Source: a virus
Taxonomy: Duplodnaviria; Heunggongvirae; Uroviricota; Caudoviricetes; Demerecviridae
Reading direction: 5' to 3' (one strand)
DNA: 64,000 bases
IMG/VR virus record: IMGVR_UViG_2974579171_000001
Span: 1-64,000 of that record
Both the position numbers and the translations under genes were made by a program. Below, one piece after another: positions 35,277 through 41,975 of this stretch. Under the pieces are notes generated by a model. It made no database searches and had not been told where the DNA came from. It saw nothing but the letters and a program-made list of their open reading frames with translations. Positions within the stretch are counted from its first letter, which is position 1, and every line of letters starts with the position of its first letter.

Positions 35277-35349
35277 CGACCGTTGGCTGAATGGCTTAGG
35301 CGAAGGATTGCAAATCCTTTTTATGTGAGTTCAAATCTCATGCGGTCGT
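35277..35349 (+). tRNA. tRNA-Cys (anticodon GCA)
   Basis: Acceptor cgaccgt/gcggtcg, anticodon arm aagga-ttgcaaa-tcctt, T-arm gtgag-ttcaaat-ctcat, encoded CCA. Confidence 0.75.
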
Positions 35350-35354
35350 CCAAT

Positions 35355-35494
35355 TTGCTGAAAGAATTGTTAAATCAATTCAGGCACGCGTAGGAACACT
35401 GTCTCCGTAATTGAAAGATGAGGCACGGTTTGGAGAGGTATGCCGCTACACGCTACGGTGCTAACTCCGTCTAGGTGAAAATCCTAGTCAGCAA
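35355..35494 (+). ncRNA. 140-nt tRNA-like structured RNA (acceptor-like terminal stem plus T-arm-like hairpin)
   Basis: Terminal 7-bp pairing ttgctga/tcagcaa. Internal perfect hairpin gaattg-ttaaat-caattc. T-arm-like ctagg-tgaaaat-cctag next to the 3' end. No ORF. Confidence 0.3.
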
Positions 35495-35504
35495 TATAAA
35501 TTTA

Positions 35505-35584
35505 GGGTCGTTAGCCAAGCGGTTTGGCGGTGGACTGTTAATCCATGTCGAAAGACAACGTAGGTTCGAATCCTACACGGCCCG
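35505..35584 (+). tRNA. tRNA-Asn (anticodon GTT) with extended variable arm
   Basis: Acceptor gggtcgt/acggccc, D-stem gcca/tggc, anticodon arm gtgga-ctgttaa-tccat, 13-nt variable arm with gtc-gaaa-gac hairpin, T-arm gtagg-ttcgaat-cctac, encoded CCA. Confidence 0.65.
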
Positions 35585-35689
35585 CCAAATTCTGTGTAGA
35601 GTTAAGTAAACCGGTAGCCAACCAGCTATCATTGCTGACATCGAATTCAGCCACAGATACCATTTTCATTAATAACTGAGGAAACAAGC

Positions 35690-35875
35690 ATGTCCAAGAA
35701 TGTAATTGCACAGCTAGAAGTTCATCGTGATAGCACTATCAACAATATTGAAGTTGAGAAGAAATACATCGAAGAACTTAAACATGATATACTAGTAAGT
35801 CTTAATCGTCTTAATGTACGAAAAGAGTTTCTTAAGGAACTTAATGCAGCTATTGAAAAACTCAAAGCTGAGTAA
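35690..35875 (+). CDS. hypothetical coiled-coil protein
   Basis: 61-aa ORF with a Shine-Dalgarno site. Confidence 0.45.
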   Translation: MSKNVIAQLEVHRDSTINNIEVEKKYIEELKHDILVSLNRLNVRKEFLKELNAAIEKLKAE

Positions 35876-35884
35876 ATGAATTAT

Positions 35885-35958
35885 GCGACCGGGGCTGGCT
35901 TGGTAATGGTACTCCCCTGTCACGGGAGGGAATGTGGGTTCAAATCCCATCGGTCGCG
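35885..35958 (+). tRNA. tRNA-Asp (anticodon GTC)
   Basis: Acceptor gcgaccg/cggtcgc, anticodon arm ctccc-ctgtcac-gggag, T-arm gtggg-ttcaaat-cccat, encoded CCA. Confidence 0.8.
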
Positions 35959-35978
35959 CCAAATAAGGTAGGTTAGCT

Positions 35979-36137
35979 ATGGAACGTAGGGAGTTTACTC
36001 CAGAAGAGATAGAGCAGATAAAAGAATCTGCTATGAAAAATGCTAGAATATCTCTGTCACTGGAAGGTATCATTATAAGTGATGTAAACTTTGAAAAAAT
36101 CAAAGCCATAGCTGATGAACTGGAAAAAGTAATTTAA
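35979..36137 (+). CDS. small hypothetical protein (52 aa)
   Basis: MERREFTPEEIEQIKE... Below the ORF-track cutoff. Shine-Dalgarno GGTAGG. Confidence 0.3.
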   Translation: MERREFTPEEIEQIKESAMKNARISLSLEGIIISDVNFEKIKAIADELEKVI

Positions 36138-36138
36138 T

Positions 36139-36211
36139 ACATCCATAGCTCAATGGTTAGAGCTACCGCCTCTTAAGCGGAGGGTTCTAGGTTCAAGTCC
36201 TAGTGGGTGTA
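36139..36211 (+). tRNA. tRNA-Lys (anticodon CTT)
   Basis: Acceptor acatcca/tgggtgt, D-stem gctc/gagc, anticodon loop ctcttaa, T-arm ctagg-ttcaagt-cctag, encoded CCA. Confidence 0.7.
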
Positions 36212-36240
36212 CCAAACTAAACTAGCACGAGAAATATGCT

Positions 36241-36588
36241 ATGATTAATGCTAAAGAAGAATTGTTACTTGCCCTAAAGAATACTAATTCTGAAGTTAAG
36301 TGTATTAAGATAGAATTCGGTTATTATGGGAACAAAGAAGTTTGGGTATTGCCCGTAGGTTATACAGAAAAAGATATTGAAGATTTTCTAAATAATCTAG
36401 ACTTTAAATATGATTCTGGTTATGGTGGGCAATTGCTTTATGGTAATGTATGGTTTACTGACGGAACTTGGTTAGAACGTGGTGAATATGACGGTTCTGA
36501 GTGGTGGGAATATAAGGCTACACCAGAGATCCCAGAAGAATGCCGAACAATTAATGGTGAAGTAGATCGTACTTTACTGTTAAATTAA
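36241..36588 (+). CDS. hypothetical protein
   Basis: 115-aa ORF. Confidence 0.5.
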   Translation: MINAKEELLLALKNTNSEVKCIKIEFGYYGNKEVWVLPVGYTEKDIEDFLNNLDFKYDSGYGGQLLYGNVWFTDGTWLERGEYDGSEWWEYKATPEIPEECRTINGEVDRTLLLN

Positions 36589-36596
36589 CAAAATTT

Positions 36597-36697
36597 CAGT
36601 GCAGAACACGGGGCTAGCAATTCGGAAGTGCTGACTCATGATAAGCTGCCTATGTACTTGCGAAGCGGTCGTGTCCAAGACTCGGACTCTTGCACTG
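36597..36697 (+). ncRNA. structured RNA element A (about 100 nt, closed by 7-bp stem cagtgca/tgcactg)
   Basis: Long-range inverted repeat. Internal hairpin gtcc-aagactc-ggac. No ORF. Confidence 0.3.
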
Positions 36698-36710
36698 AAA
36701 ATAATCAAAC

Positions 36711-36830
36711 ATTCTAGCGTGGTTGATGGGGAAACCAGCTTGGCGAGGGCAGAAGCTCGTTCGATTCGAGTGAAAGAATGGTTCTCGTAAGTCCGCACAA
36801 GTGATAACAGGTTCGAGTCCTGTCTAGAAT
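36711..36830 (+). ncRNA. structured tRNA-like RNA element B (about 120 nt; closing stem attctag/ctagaat; canonical T-arm)
   Basis: T-arm acagg-ttcgagt-cctgt adjacent to the 3' acceptor-like strand. Internal ctcg-ttcgatt-cgag hairpin. Confidence 0.3.
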
Positions 36831-36853
36831 GACACTATAAAGTTTACTTATTA

Positions 36854-36953
36854 TGTAGGTTCCGATAGATCGGCGGGTCTATTCTGGCATTTAAGAGAGG
36901 TCTCGCAAACTTCTTTGTCAGCCGTGGGGTTGGTAGCCTCCAGGTGGCCTACA
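36854..36953 (+). ncRNA. structured RNA element C (about 100 nt, closed by tgtagg/cctaca)
   Basis: Long-range inverted repeat with internal palindromic segments. No ORF. Confidence 0.25.
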
Positions 36954-36980
36954 CAATAAGTAAATTTATTAAAAATTCAT

Positions 36981-37009
36981 TTGCTATTCTGCTTAATTCT
37001 CTGTATAAT
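36981..37009 (+). promoter_or_regulatory. T5-type early promoter
   Basis: TTGCTA, 17 bp, TATAAT, then atatcttataaagtga. Confidence 0.55.
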
Positions 37010-37041
37010 ATATCTTATAAAGTGAAGAGAAGGAAAGCTAA

Positions 37042-37239
37042 ATGAAGAAAGTTTTATTACTATCTGTATTCCTACTTACTGGTTGTTTTAAATTTGACTC
37101 AACCATTAATAAAGAGTATGAATTTGCTAAAAATTTCTGTGGCGGAGAGAGTAATATAAAGAATTTCTACATATATAGTACGATTCCTAGTACCGTTTAT
37201 TGTGTAGATGGACGAATTATTAATATTCCTCCACAATAA
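37042..37239 (+). CDS. small lipoprotein (65 aa)
   Basis: Signal peptide plus lipobox MKKVLLLSVFLLTGC. Confidence 0.5.
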   Translation: MKKVLLLSVFLLTGCFKFDSTINKEYEFAKNFCGGESNIKNFYIYSTIPSTVYCVDGRIINIPPQ

Positions 37240-37248
37240 AAGAATTAA

Positions 37249-37321
37249 CAGTGCGTAGCGCAGTTGGTAGCGTGGGAGCCTTGGATGCTTCGGGTCGCAG
37301 GTTCGAGTCCTGCCGCACTGA
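37249..37321 (+). tRNA. tRNA-Pro (anticodon TGG)
   Basis: Acceptor cagtgcg/cgcactg, D-stem gcgc/gcgt, anticodon arm ggagc-cttggat-gcttc, T-arm gcagg-ttcgagt-cctgc, encoded CCA. Confidence 0.85.
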
Positions 37322-37331
37322 CCAAACAATT

Positions 37332-37402
37332 GCGGGTGGGAGGCATAGAGTTCTTCTTAGTCTCATAAGCTAAGTAAGTCCAGGGCAGTACTGGAACCCG
37401 CT
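37332..37402 (+). tRNA. pseudo-tRNA (acceptor stem present, T-loop degenerate)
   Basis: 6-bp acceptor pairing gcgggt/acccgc plus ACCA. The T-arm is replaced by ccag-ggcagta-ctgg. Anticodon arm cttag...ctaag has a 9-nt loop. Confidence 0.25.
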
Positions 37403-37415
37403 ACCAAGTTATTTT

Positions 37416-37491
37416 GGGTTGCTAGCTCAATAGGTTTAGTAGCATCCGACTTTTAATCGGAAGGTTCTGGGTTCGAGTCCCAGGCGACCCA
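37416..37491 (+). tRNA. tRNA-Lys (anticodon TTT)
   Basis: Acceptor gggttgc/gcgaccc, anticodon arm tccga-cttttaa-tcgga, T-arm ctggg-ttcgagt-cccag, encoded CCA. Confidence 0.8.
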
Positions 37492-37512
37492 CCAATTTCA
37501 AGAAAAATGCAG

Positions 37513-37541
37513 TTGCTTGATGCTTAATTTCTTGTTATAAT
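37513..37541 (+). promoter_or_regulatory. T5-type promoter followed by a 9-bp leader hairpin and a structured RNA
   Basis: TTGCTT, 17 bp, TATAAT. Hairpin TGATGAGGA-gaaat-CCTCATCA at 37554-37575. Confidence 0.5.
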
Positions 37542-37589
37542 ATTTATATAAATTGATGAGGAGAAATCCTCATCATAGTTCACTAAGGT

Positions 37590-37756
37590 ATTAGCTCGAC
37601 CTAGGACTGGCTGCCAAAAAGCACGATCCCTACGATTCGGGAGAAGTTCTAGATTAGTCCACTAGATTCAGCGGCAACTGAATAGTGTATTGGGTTTGCG
37701 AGATGACGCAGTTCCTTCCGCTCGAAGCGAAGGTGCTGTAGTTACGCCGAGCTAAT
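37590..37756 (+). ncRNA. structured RNA (about 165 nt) closed by 9-bp long-range stem attagctcg/cgagctaat
   Basis: No ORF. Internal imperfect hairpin ccttccgc-tcgaa-gcgaagg. Lies between a promoter and tRNA-Ala. Confidence 0.3.
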
Positions 37757-37779
37757 AGCCTTAGTAAACTAAAGAGTTT

Positions 37780-37852
37780 GGGCGGTTAGTTTATCTGGGG
37801 AAAATACCTGACTTGCACTCAGGAGTGAGGAGTTCGACTCTCCTACTGTCCA
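37780..37852 (+). tRNA. tRNA-Ala (anticodon TGC)
   Basis: Acceptor gggcggt/actgtcc, anticodon arm cctga-cttgcac-tcagg, T-arm aggag-ttcgact-ctcct, encoded CCA. Confidence 0.75.
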
Positions 37853-37873
37853 CCAAATTAAAGGGTATGTAGT

Positions 37874-38374
37874 ATGAAGGTAGCTAAAAATGGGAGAAAA
37901 GATAACTTAAATGAGTTAGAAATATTCCTCCACAATAACAAACTAGACGTAACCGCTAGTAATTACATGCAAATAGCTCTATGGTATAATGGGTATATAG
38001 TTAGAAAGGCCAATCCTAGTAAGGATAAGAAGTCAAATACATACCAAAAGAGACTAGAGCATAGCTATCAAAGATCCCTAAGAGTAGTACAGCTTTACTG
38101 TTATATCAATAATATAAATAATAAGCTGGGATATATTTATATAATATCTAATCCAGCTTTTCCAGGCTGGTTTAAAGTAGGAGCAGCCAAAGATGCTGAG
38201 ACTAGATTAAATACCTATCAAACATACTCCCCTTTTCGGGACTATGTATTAGAGTATTATAAACTAGTAGATAATTATGAACTCAAAGAAAAAGAAATCC
38301 TAAGTTCTTTTTCATCTAGAAATAATGAGTGGGTTCATGCTCCACTTGAAGAAATAATTGCTTGCGTGGCGTAA
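37874..38374 (+). CDS. T5orf172-domain (GIY-YIG-like) protein; 3' end overlaps tRNA-Leu
   Basis: 166 aa. GYIYIISNPAFPGWFKVGAAKDAETRLNTYQ matches the T5orf172/MUG113 motif. The stop at 38372-38374 lies 15 nt inside the tRNA. Confidence 0.6.
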   Translation: MKVAKNGRKDNLNELEIFLHNNKLDVTASNYMQIALWYNGYIVRKANPSKDKKSNTYQKRLEHSYQRSLRVVQLYCYINNINNKLGYIYIISNPAFPGWFKVGAAKDAETRLNTYQTYSPFRDYVLEYYKLVDNYELKEKEILSSFSSRNNEWVHAPLEEIIACVA

Positions 38375-38439
38375 TTGGTAGACGCGCGATCCTTAGGAGT
38401 TCGTGTTAATTCGTGTGGGTTCGAGTCCCTCCGCAAGCA
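38360..38439 (+). tRNA. tRNA-Leu (anticodon TAG), type II
   Basis: Acceptor gcttgcg/cgcaagc, D-stem gcgt/acgc, anticodon loop cttagga (G37), 11-nt variable arm, T-loop ttcgagt, encoded CCA. Confidence 0.7.
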
Positions 38440-38554
38440 CCAAATTTGATGGTCAGAGTAAATTAAACCTACTATCTCGGTTGAGCTGTTTTAATGGGTT
38501 CGAATCCCAGCGAGGCGTAACTGCCTGGTGTGATAGAGGCATCATCTTATTATT

Positions 38555-38642
38555 GGAAGAGCAAATCGAATTGGCGACGAAAACCGCTTGGAAAGTGGCT
38601 GACTGGTAAAACGGCTTGAGAGTTCAAATCTCTCCTCTTCCG
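38555..38642 (+). tRNA. tRNA-Ser (anticodon GGA), type II
   Basis: Acceptor ggaagag/ctcttcc, anticodon loop ttggaaa, long variable arm, T-arm gagag-ttcaaat-ctctc, encoded CCA. D-arm atypical. Confidence 0.6.
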
Positions 38643-38664
38643 CCAAACATTTGAGGTAATAATA

Positions 38665-39012
38665 ATGCTAGCAAAAGATAAAGCTCTAGAGTTTTTAGCA
38701 TCTTTAGATGAAGATAAGATTATAGATGCTGCTGAAAAAGCTGGAATGCCTGATTTAACATATCTGGAACGTGCTATTATTGCTCGTGATAAACTACAGA
38801 AAGAATTTGCTATTGCTCAGGAGGAGTTTTATACTCGCTATAACGCTCTTACTAAGCAAATTGAAAATGAGTGTTCTCATACTTGGGGAGTAACAGAAAA
38901 CCTAGGTAATGATCACGATGGCTGGTCTAAAGTAAAAATTACCTACTACCATCGTAGGACTTGTAAAATTTGTGGAAAAGTAGAAAACTTCACTAGTACG
39001 AGTGACTATTAG
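38665..39012 (+). CDS. hypothetical protein with C-terminal zinc-ribbon-like Cys pairs
   Basis: 115 aa. ...CSHTW...HRRTCKICGK. Confidence 0.5.
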   Translation: MLAKDKALEFLASLDEDKIIDAAEKAGMPDLTYLERAIIARDKLQKEFAIAQEEFYTRYNALTKQIENECSHTWGVTENLGNDHDGWSKVKITYYHRRTCKICGKVENFTSTSDY

Positions 39013-39025
39013 TACAATAAATACT

Positions 39026-39112
39026 AGAAGATAGGACGTAGTGGTACGTAACTGGTCTTGAAAACCAGCCCGCTGTAGCGATACGGTGATGGTTCGACTC
39101 CATTATCTTCTG
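39026..39112 (+). tRNA. tRNA-Ser (anticodon TGA), type II
   Basis: Acceptor agaagat/atcttct, anticodon arm ctggt-cttgaaa-accag, variable arm with cgc-tgta-gcg hairpin, T-arm gatgg-ttcgact-ccatt, encoded CCA. Confidence 0.8.
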
Positions 39113-39131
39113 CCAACTTATAGGATAATAT

Positions 39132-39314
39132 ATGTCTTTAACAAAAACTGTGAAGGTTACACTAACTGATGGCACAGAGTTTAGTGCACAAATAACCTTA
39201 CTAGAGGACGGTTATTGGGAAGTATATCTTCCACATGTTAATTCTACTGGTAGAGGATGGACGCAACAACAGGCTATTGTTGATGCTTTAAATGAGGCTT
39301 CTGCTGGTTTATAA
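39132..39314 (+). CDS. hypothetical protein
   Basis: 60-aa ORF with a Shine-Dalgarno site. Confidence 0.4.
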   Translation: MSLTKTVKVTLTDGTEFSAQITLLEDGYWEVYLPHVNSTGRGWTQQQAIVDALNEASAGL

Positions 39315-39321
39315 AAGTTCT

Positions 39322-39452
39322 TGAAGTATGCCGGAATCGGTAGACGGGGCTGCCTAAAAGGTTTATAGGGAACATCCACTCCCTGCAACATACCTCATAA
39401 AGCGGCTGAGATAAATGGTCTATCTCGTGAAGGTTCAAGTCCTTCTACTTCT
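39322..39452 (+). ncRNA. 131-nt tRNA-like structured RNA (acceptor-like ends, canonical T-arm, extra internal hairpins)
   Basis: Ends tgaagta/tacttct pair 6 of 7. T-arm gaagg-ttcaagt-ccttc. Internal hairpins aggga-acatccac-tccct and gagata-aatggtc-tatctc. D-like arm with GG. Confidence 0.3.
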
Positions 39453-39568
39453 TGATACATCTATGGCTCAAAGTGTAACGGTGCTATTTGATGCTCTTGG
39501 TAAGACTTCCCCGACATGCGTTCGGGAGTAAGCTGCTAAGACTAGAGTAGAAGAGTTTCGGAGAGCCG

Positions 39569-39686
39569 CCACAATTGAAAATTCGTACTCGTCTTGAGCT
39601 GCGTGCAATAGGAGATAACTTGATTAGTATTCTAGAACATGCTAATTGAGGAAGGTTTCGCTAACCCTGCGAGTTTTCAATTGTGG
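39569..39686 (+). ncRNA. structured RNA closed by a perfect 13-bp long-range stem (ccacaattgaaaa / ttttcaattgtgg); 3' arm overlaps tRNA-His 5' end
   Basis: 13-bp perfect inverted repeat enclosing about 90 nt. No ORF. Confidence 0.3.
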
Positions 39687-39756
39687 CTATATCATAATTG
39701 GTTAATGATCCTGATTGTGAATCAGGCCTATGTGGATTCGAATTCCACTAGCCACC
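39683..39756 (+). tRNA. tRNA-His (anticodon GTG)
   Basis: Acceptor gtggcta/tagccac, D-stem tcat/atga, anticodon arm cctga-ttgtgaa-tcagg, T-arm gtgga-ttcgaat-tccac, encoded CCA. Confidence 0.85.
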
Positions 39757-39784
39757 CCAAATTAACTTAAATAGGAAATAAAAT

Positions 39785-39982
39785 ATGGCTGATTTCTGCA
39801 AACAATGCTCCATTGATATGTGGGGCAGAGATACTGGTGATCTTTCTGGTTTGATTACAGAAGCTGAGGTCAAAGAAGGTTATGGTGCAGTTGTGATTTG
39901 CGAAGGATGCGGAGTTATTCGAGTAGATCATGAAGGCAAACGTTTAGAAGAACAGGAAAACTTAGGAGAAACAAATGAGTAA
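39785..39982 (+). CDS. small Cys-rich protein
   Basis: 65 aa. CKQC...CEGCG. Confidence 0.4.
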   Translation: MADFCKQCSIDMWGRDTGDLSGLITEAEVKEGYGAVVICEGCGVIRVDHEGKRLEEQENLGETNE

Positions 39983-40211
39983 TGCTTTAATTAGTGAAAT
40001 TATGTTAACACGTCTTGCAGAACTGCAAACTCTTCGAGATGAGTCTCAGAATAACTTAGCTTACCATAAACAAATGGTAGATACTCTTACTACTCGTATT
40101 GATACTTACGAGCGTGATATTGCAGCATTACAAGCTCTTTTCTCCGTATCAGCACCAGATACGTTAGAACAGCCGGCTGTATCTCAGCCAGTAGAAACAG
40201 CATCTAGTTAA
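39975..40211 (+). CDS. hypothetical coiled-coil protein
   Basis: 78-aa ORF. Confidence 0.4.
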   Translation: MSNALISEIMLTRLAELQTLRDESQNNLAYHKQMVDTLTTRIDTYERDIAALQALFSVSAPDTLEQPAVSQPVETASS

Positions 40212-40220
40212 TAGCATTCT

Positions 40221-40293
40221 TGGGATGTAGATCAATTGGCAGATCGTCGGCCTCTGACTCCGAAGGTTCCACGTTCGATCCGTGGCATCCCAG
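40221..40293 (+). tRNA. tRNA-Gln (anticodon CTG)
   Basis: Acceptor tgggatg/catccca, D-stem gatc/gatc, anticodon loop ctctgac, T-arm ccacg-ttcgatc-cgtgg, encoded CCA. Confidence 0.7.
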
Positions 40294-40302
40294 CCAAACA
40301 AT

Positions 40303-40375
40303 TGGAGAGTAGTGTAACGGTTAGCACAACGGCCTTTGACTCCGTTAATGGTAGGTTCGATTCCTCCTTCTCCAG
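40303..40375 (+). tRNA. tRNA-Gln (anticodon TTG)
   Basis: Acceptor tggagag/ttctcca, D-stem gtgt/gcac, anticodon loop ctttgac, T-loop ttcgatt, encoded CCA. Confidence 0.7.
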
Positions 40376-40386
40376 CCAAGTAATAA

Positions 40387-40459
40387 GCGGTTAAGCACAC
40401 GGGTTGTGTCGCAGGCCTTCCAAGCCTCGCTGAGTAGGGTTCGATTCCCTCTAGCCGCT
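40387..40459 (+). tRNA. tRNA-Gly (anticodon TCC)
   Basis: Acceptor gcggtta/tagccgc, D-stem caca/tgtg, anticodon arm aggc-cttccaa-gcct, T-loop ttcgatt, encoded CCA. Confidence 0.7.
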
Positions 40460-40478
40460 CCAACTTTAAGGAAACATT

Positions 40479-40700
40479 ATGCACGTTTTTGAGTTTCGTA
40501 ATAAAAGTACCGATAAACGAGTTATTGTTATTGGAGAAACATACCGAGCATACGAACAAACTGACGGCTCTGTTATCCTGAATGATGAGAAAGGGGGTTT
40601 TAGCTTTTATCCCAAAGAAACTTACGAAGAATTTCGTACAAAGTTTCTTCTACCAGACTGGCTAGAAGTAGCACAGCAACGAGAACCCGAAGATGGCTGA
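40479..40700 (+). CDS. hypothetical protein
   Basis: 73-aa ORF. Confidence 0.45.
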   Translation: MHVFEFRNKSTDKRVIVIGETYRAYEQTDGSVILNDEKGGFSFYPKETYEEFRTKFLLPDWLEVAQQREPEDG

Positions 40701-40857
40701 CAACCTAAAAGTCAAGATCGATAAACAAAAGAAACGTGTAGAAGTAGAGATTGGTGAAGAACGTGTAGCCTTCACCTTTGAATTTCTACAACAAATGGCA
40801 ATGACAGTTATGACTGATAAGTCTCCTGTTATTGAAAAAGAAATCCCGTTGAAATAA
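40693..40857 (+). CDS. small hypothetical protein (54 aa)
   Basis: MADNLKVKIDKQ... ATGGCTGA overlap with the upstream ORF. Below the ORF-track cutoff. Confidence 0.3.
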   Translation: MADNLKVKIDKQKKRVEVEIGEERVAFTFEFLQQMAMTVMTDKSPVIEKEIPLK

Positions 40858-40865
40858 CGGGTTCT

Positions 40866-40949
40866 GCTGGGTTGGCAGAATGGTTGAATGCACCTGATTT
40901 GTAATCAGGAGGAATAATCCCACTGCAGGTTCGAATCCTGTGCCCAGCA
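40866..40949 (+). tRNA. tRNA with anticodon TGT (Thr) and extended variable arm
   Basis: Acceptor gctgggt/gcccagc, anticodon arm cctga-tttgtaa-tcagg, about 15-nt variable arm with gga-ataa-tcc hairpin, T-arm gcagg-ttcgaat-cctgt, encoded CCA. Confidence 0.55.
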
Positions 40950-40966
40950 CCAATTTAAGGACTAGT

Positions 40967-41134
40967 ATGTTTAAACTCCTAGTAGTTATCTGGTATAGCC
41001 AATCAAACAGAGCTAATACCTCTCACGTTATAGACTTTAATACTAAAAATGAAGCTGAAAAAGCATACGCTAATTTAATAGAACGTAATAAAGAATCTCG
41101 TAGTATAGTTTATGAAGTGACTAAACTTTATTAA
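40967..41134 (+). CDS. hypothetical protein
   Basis: ATG 40967 follows AAGGAC, avoiding overlap with the tRNA. 55 aa. Confidence 0.4.
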   Translation: MFKLLVVIWYSQSNRANTSHVIDFNTKNEAEKAYANLIERNKESRSIVYEVTKLY

Positions 41135-41142
41135 AAATTCAT

Positions 41143-41171
41143 TTGCTTTCTCTCTTATTTCTTGTTATAAT
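41143..41171 (+). promoter_or_regulatory. T5-type early promoter
   Basis: TTGCTT, 17 bp, TATAAT, then atttatataaattaatga. Confidence 0.55.
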
Positions 41172-41201
41172 ATTTATATAAATTAATGAGAGGGAAACCA
41201 A

Positions 41202-41495
41202 ATGAAACGTTATCTTTCTGTTGTATTCCAAACTGGTGGTCAACGCTATACCTATGAATTTCCTAGCTCTTGGAAGATCAAAGAAGGTGATCAAGTAGTA
41301 GTGTTAACACCGCGTGAGGGTTTCAAGGTAGTAACGGTTAAGCAAGTATTTCCAAAAGATCATGAACCAGCTAAAGGCATTCGCTATAAGATGATTCATG
41401 GTGTAGTTCGTCAAGTACCACGAGCGGAAGTCGAAATCAAAGTAGATAAAGATGGTAAACTTAAATATACCTCTTGCTTAGATGAGTTGCTATAA
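41202..41495 (+). CDS. hypothetical protein
   Basis: 97-aa ORF. Confidence 0.5.
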   Translation: MKRYLSVVFQTGGQRYTYEFPSSWKIKEGDQVVVLTPREGFKVVTVKQVFPKDHEPAKGIRYKMIHGVVRQVPRAEVEIKVDKDGKLKYTSCLDELL

Positions 41496-41701
41496 TGAGA
41501 ATTACTTTTACAGAAAAGATCATGAGTAATGGTGTTATGATCATTACTGCATGGGATGGCAATCAGTGGTGTAGTGTTTCAGGTATTAAGCCTGAAAAAC
41601 AAACACTAGAAAATATCTCAAAGATTAAGCGAAGAATGGCAGAACGTGCACGACTTCCAGGTGCGCCTAGAAATGGTAAACGTTCTGCTGTAAAATGTTA
41701 A
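41495..41701 (+). CDS. hypothetical protein
   Basis: 68-aa ORF. Confidence 0.45.
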   Translation: MRITFTEKIMSNGVMIITAWDGNQWCSVSGIKPEKQTLENISKIKRRMAERARLPGAPRNGKRSAVKC

Positions 41702-41702
41702 T

Positions 41703-41777
41703 GCTTCGGTAGCTTAGCGATCTAAAGCACTCGGCTGATAACCGAGAGATCGGGGGGTTTAAATCCCTCCCGGAGTA
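41703..41777 (+). tRNA. tRNA-Ile (anticodon GAT)
   Basis: Acceptor gcttcgg/ccggagt, D-stem gctt/aagc, anticodon arm ctcgg-ctgataa-ccgag, T-arm ggggg-tttaaat-ccctc, encoded CCA. Confidence 0.8.
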
Positions 41778-41876
41778 CCAAATTTAGGAATTAAGACTAT
41801 GCGTCCAGGAAAGTTTAAAAAAGCTAATTGGTCTAAAGAGTATAAAGAATACTTACTTAGTCTAGTAAAACATAAC

Positions 41877-41949
41877 AGTTAGTTGGCAGAGTGGTTATGC
41901 ACCTCCTTCATACGGAGCGACTACAGTGGTTCAAATCCACTACTAACTA
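41877..41949 (+). tRNA. tRNA-Met (or Ile2) (anticodon CAT), second copy
   Basis: Acceptor agttagt/actaact, anticodon arm ctcc-ttcatac-ggag, T-arm agtgg-ttcaaat-ccact, encoded CCA. Confidence 0.75.
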
Positions 41950-41975
41950 CCAAATTCTAACATCGGGGAGATCTA

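Noticed and set aside
35792-36109. 105-aa minus-strand ORF
   Set aside because: It is antisense to tRNA-Asp and to two plus-strand small genes that have proper promoters and RBS. It has no start context.
38443-38520. tRNA between tRNA-Leu(TAG) and tRNA-Ser(GGA), suggested by a tggg-ttcgaat-ccca T-arm
   Set aside because: Only about 50 nt are available upstream of the T-arm and no acceptor, D or anticodon stems can be paired. It is treated as a tRNA remnant, not a gene.
38403-38609. 68-aa plus-strand ORF
   Set aside because: It overlaps tRNA-Leu, a tRNA-like remnant and tRNA-Ser(GGA). Its reading frame merely runs through structured RNA genes.
40164-40559. 131-aa minus-strand ORF
   Set aside because: It is antisense to three consecutive well-formed tRNAs (Gln, Gln, Gly) and to a plus-strand CDS.
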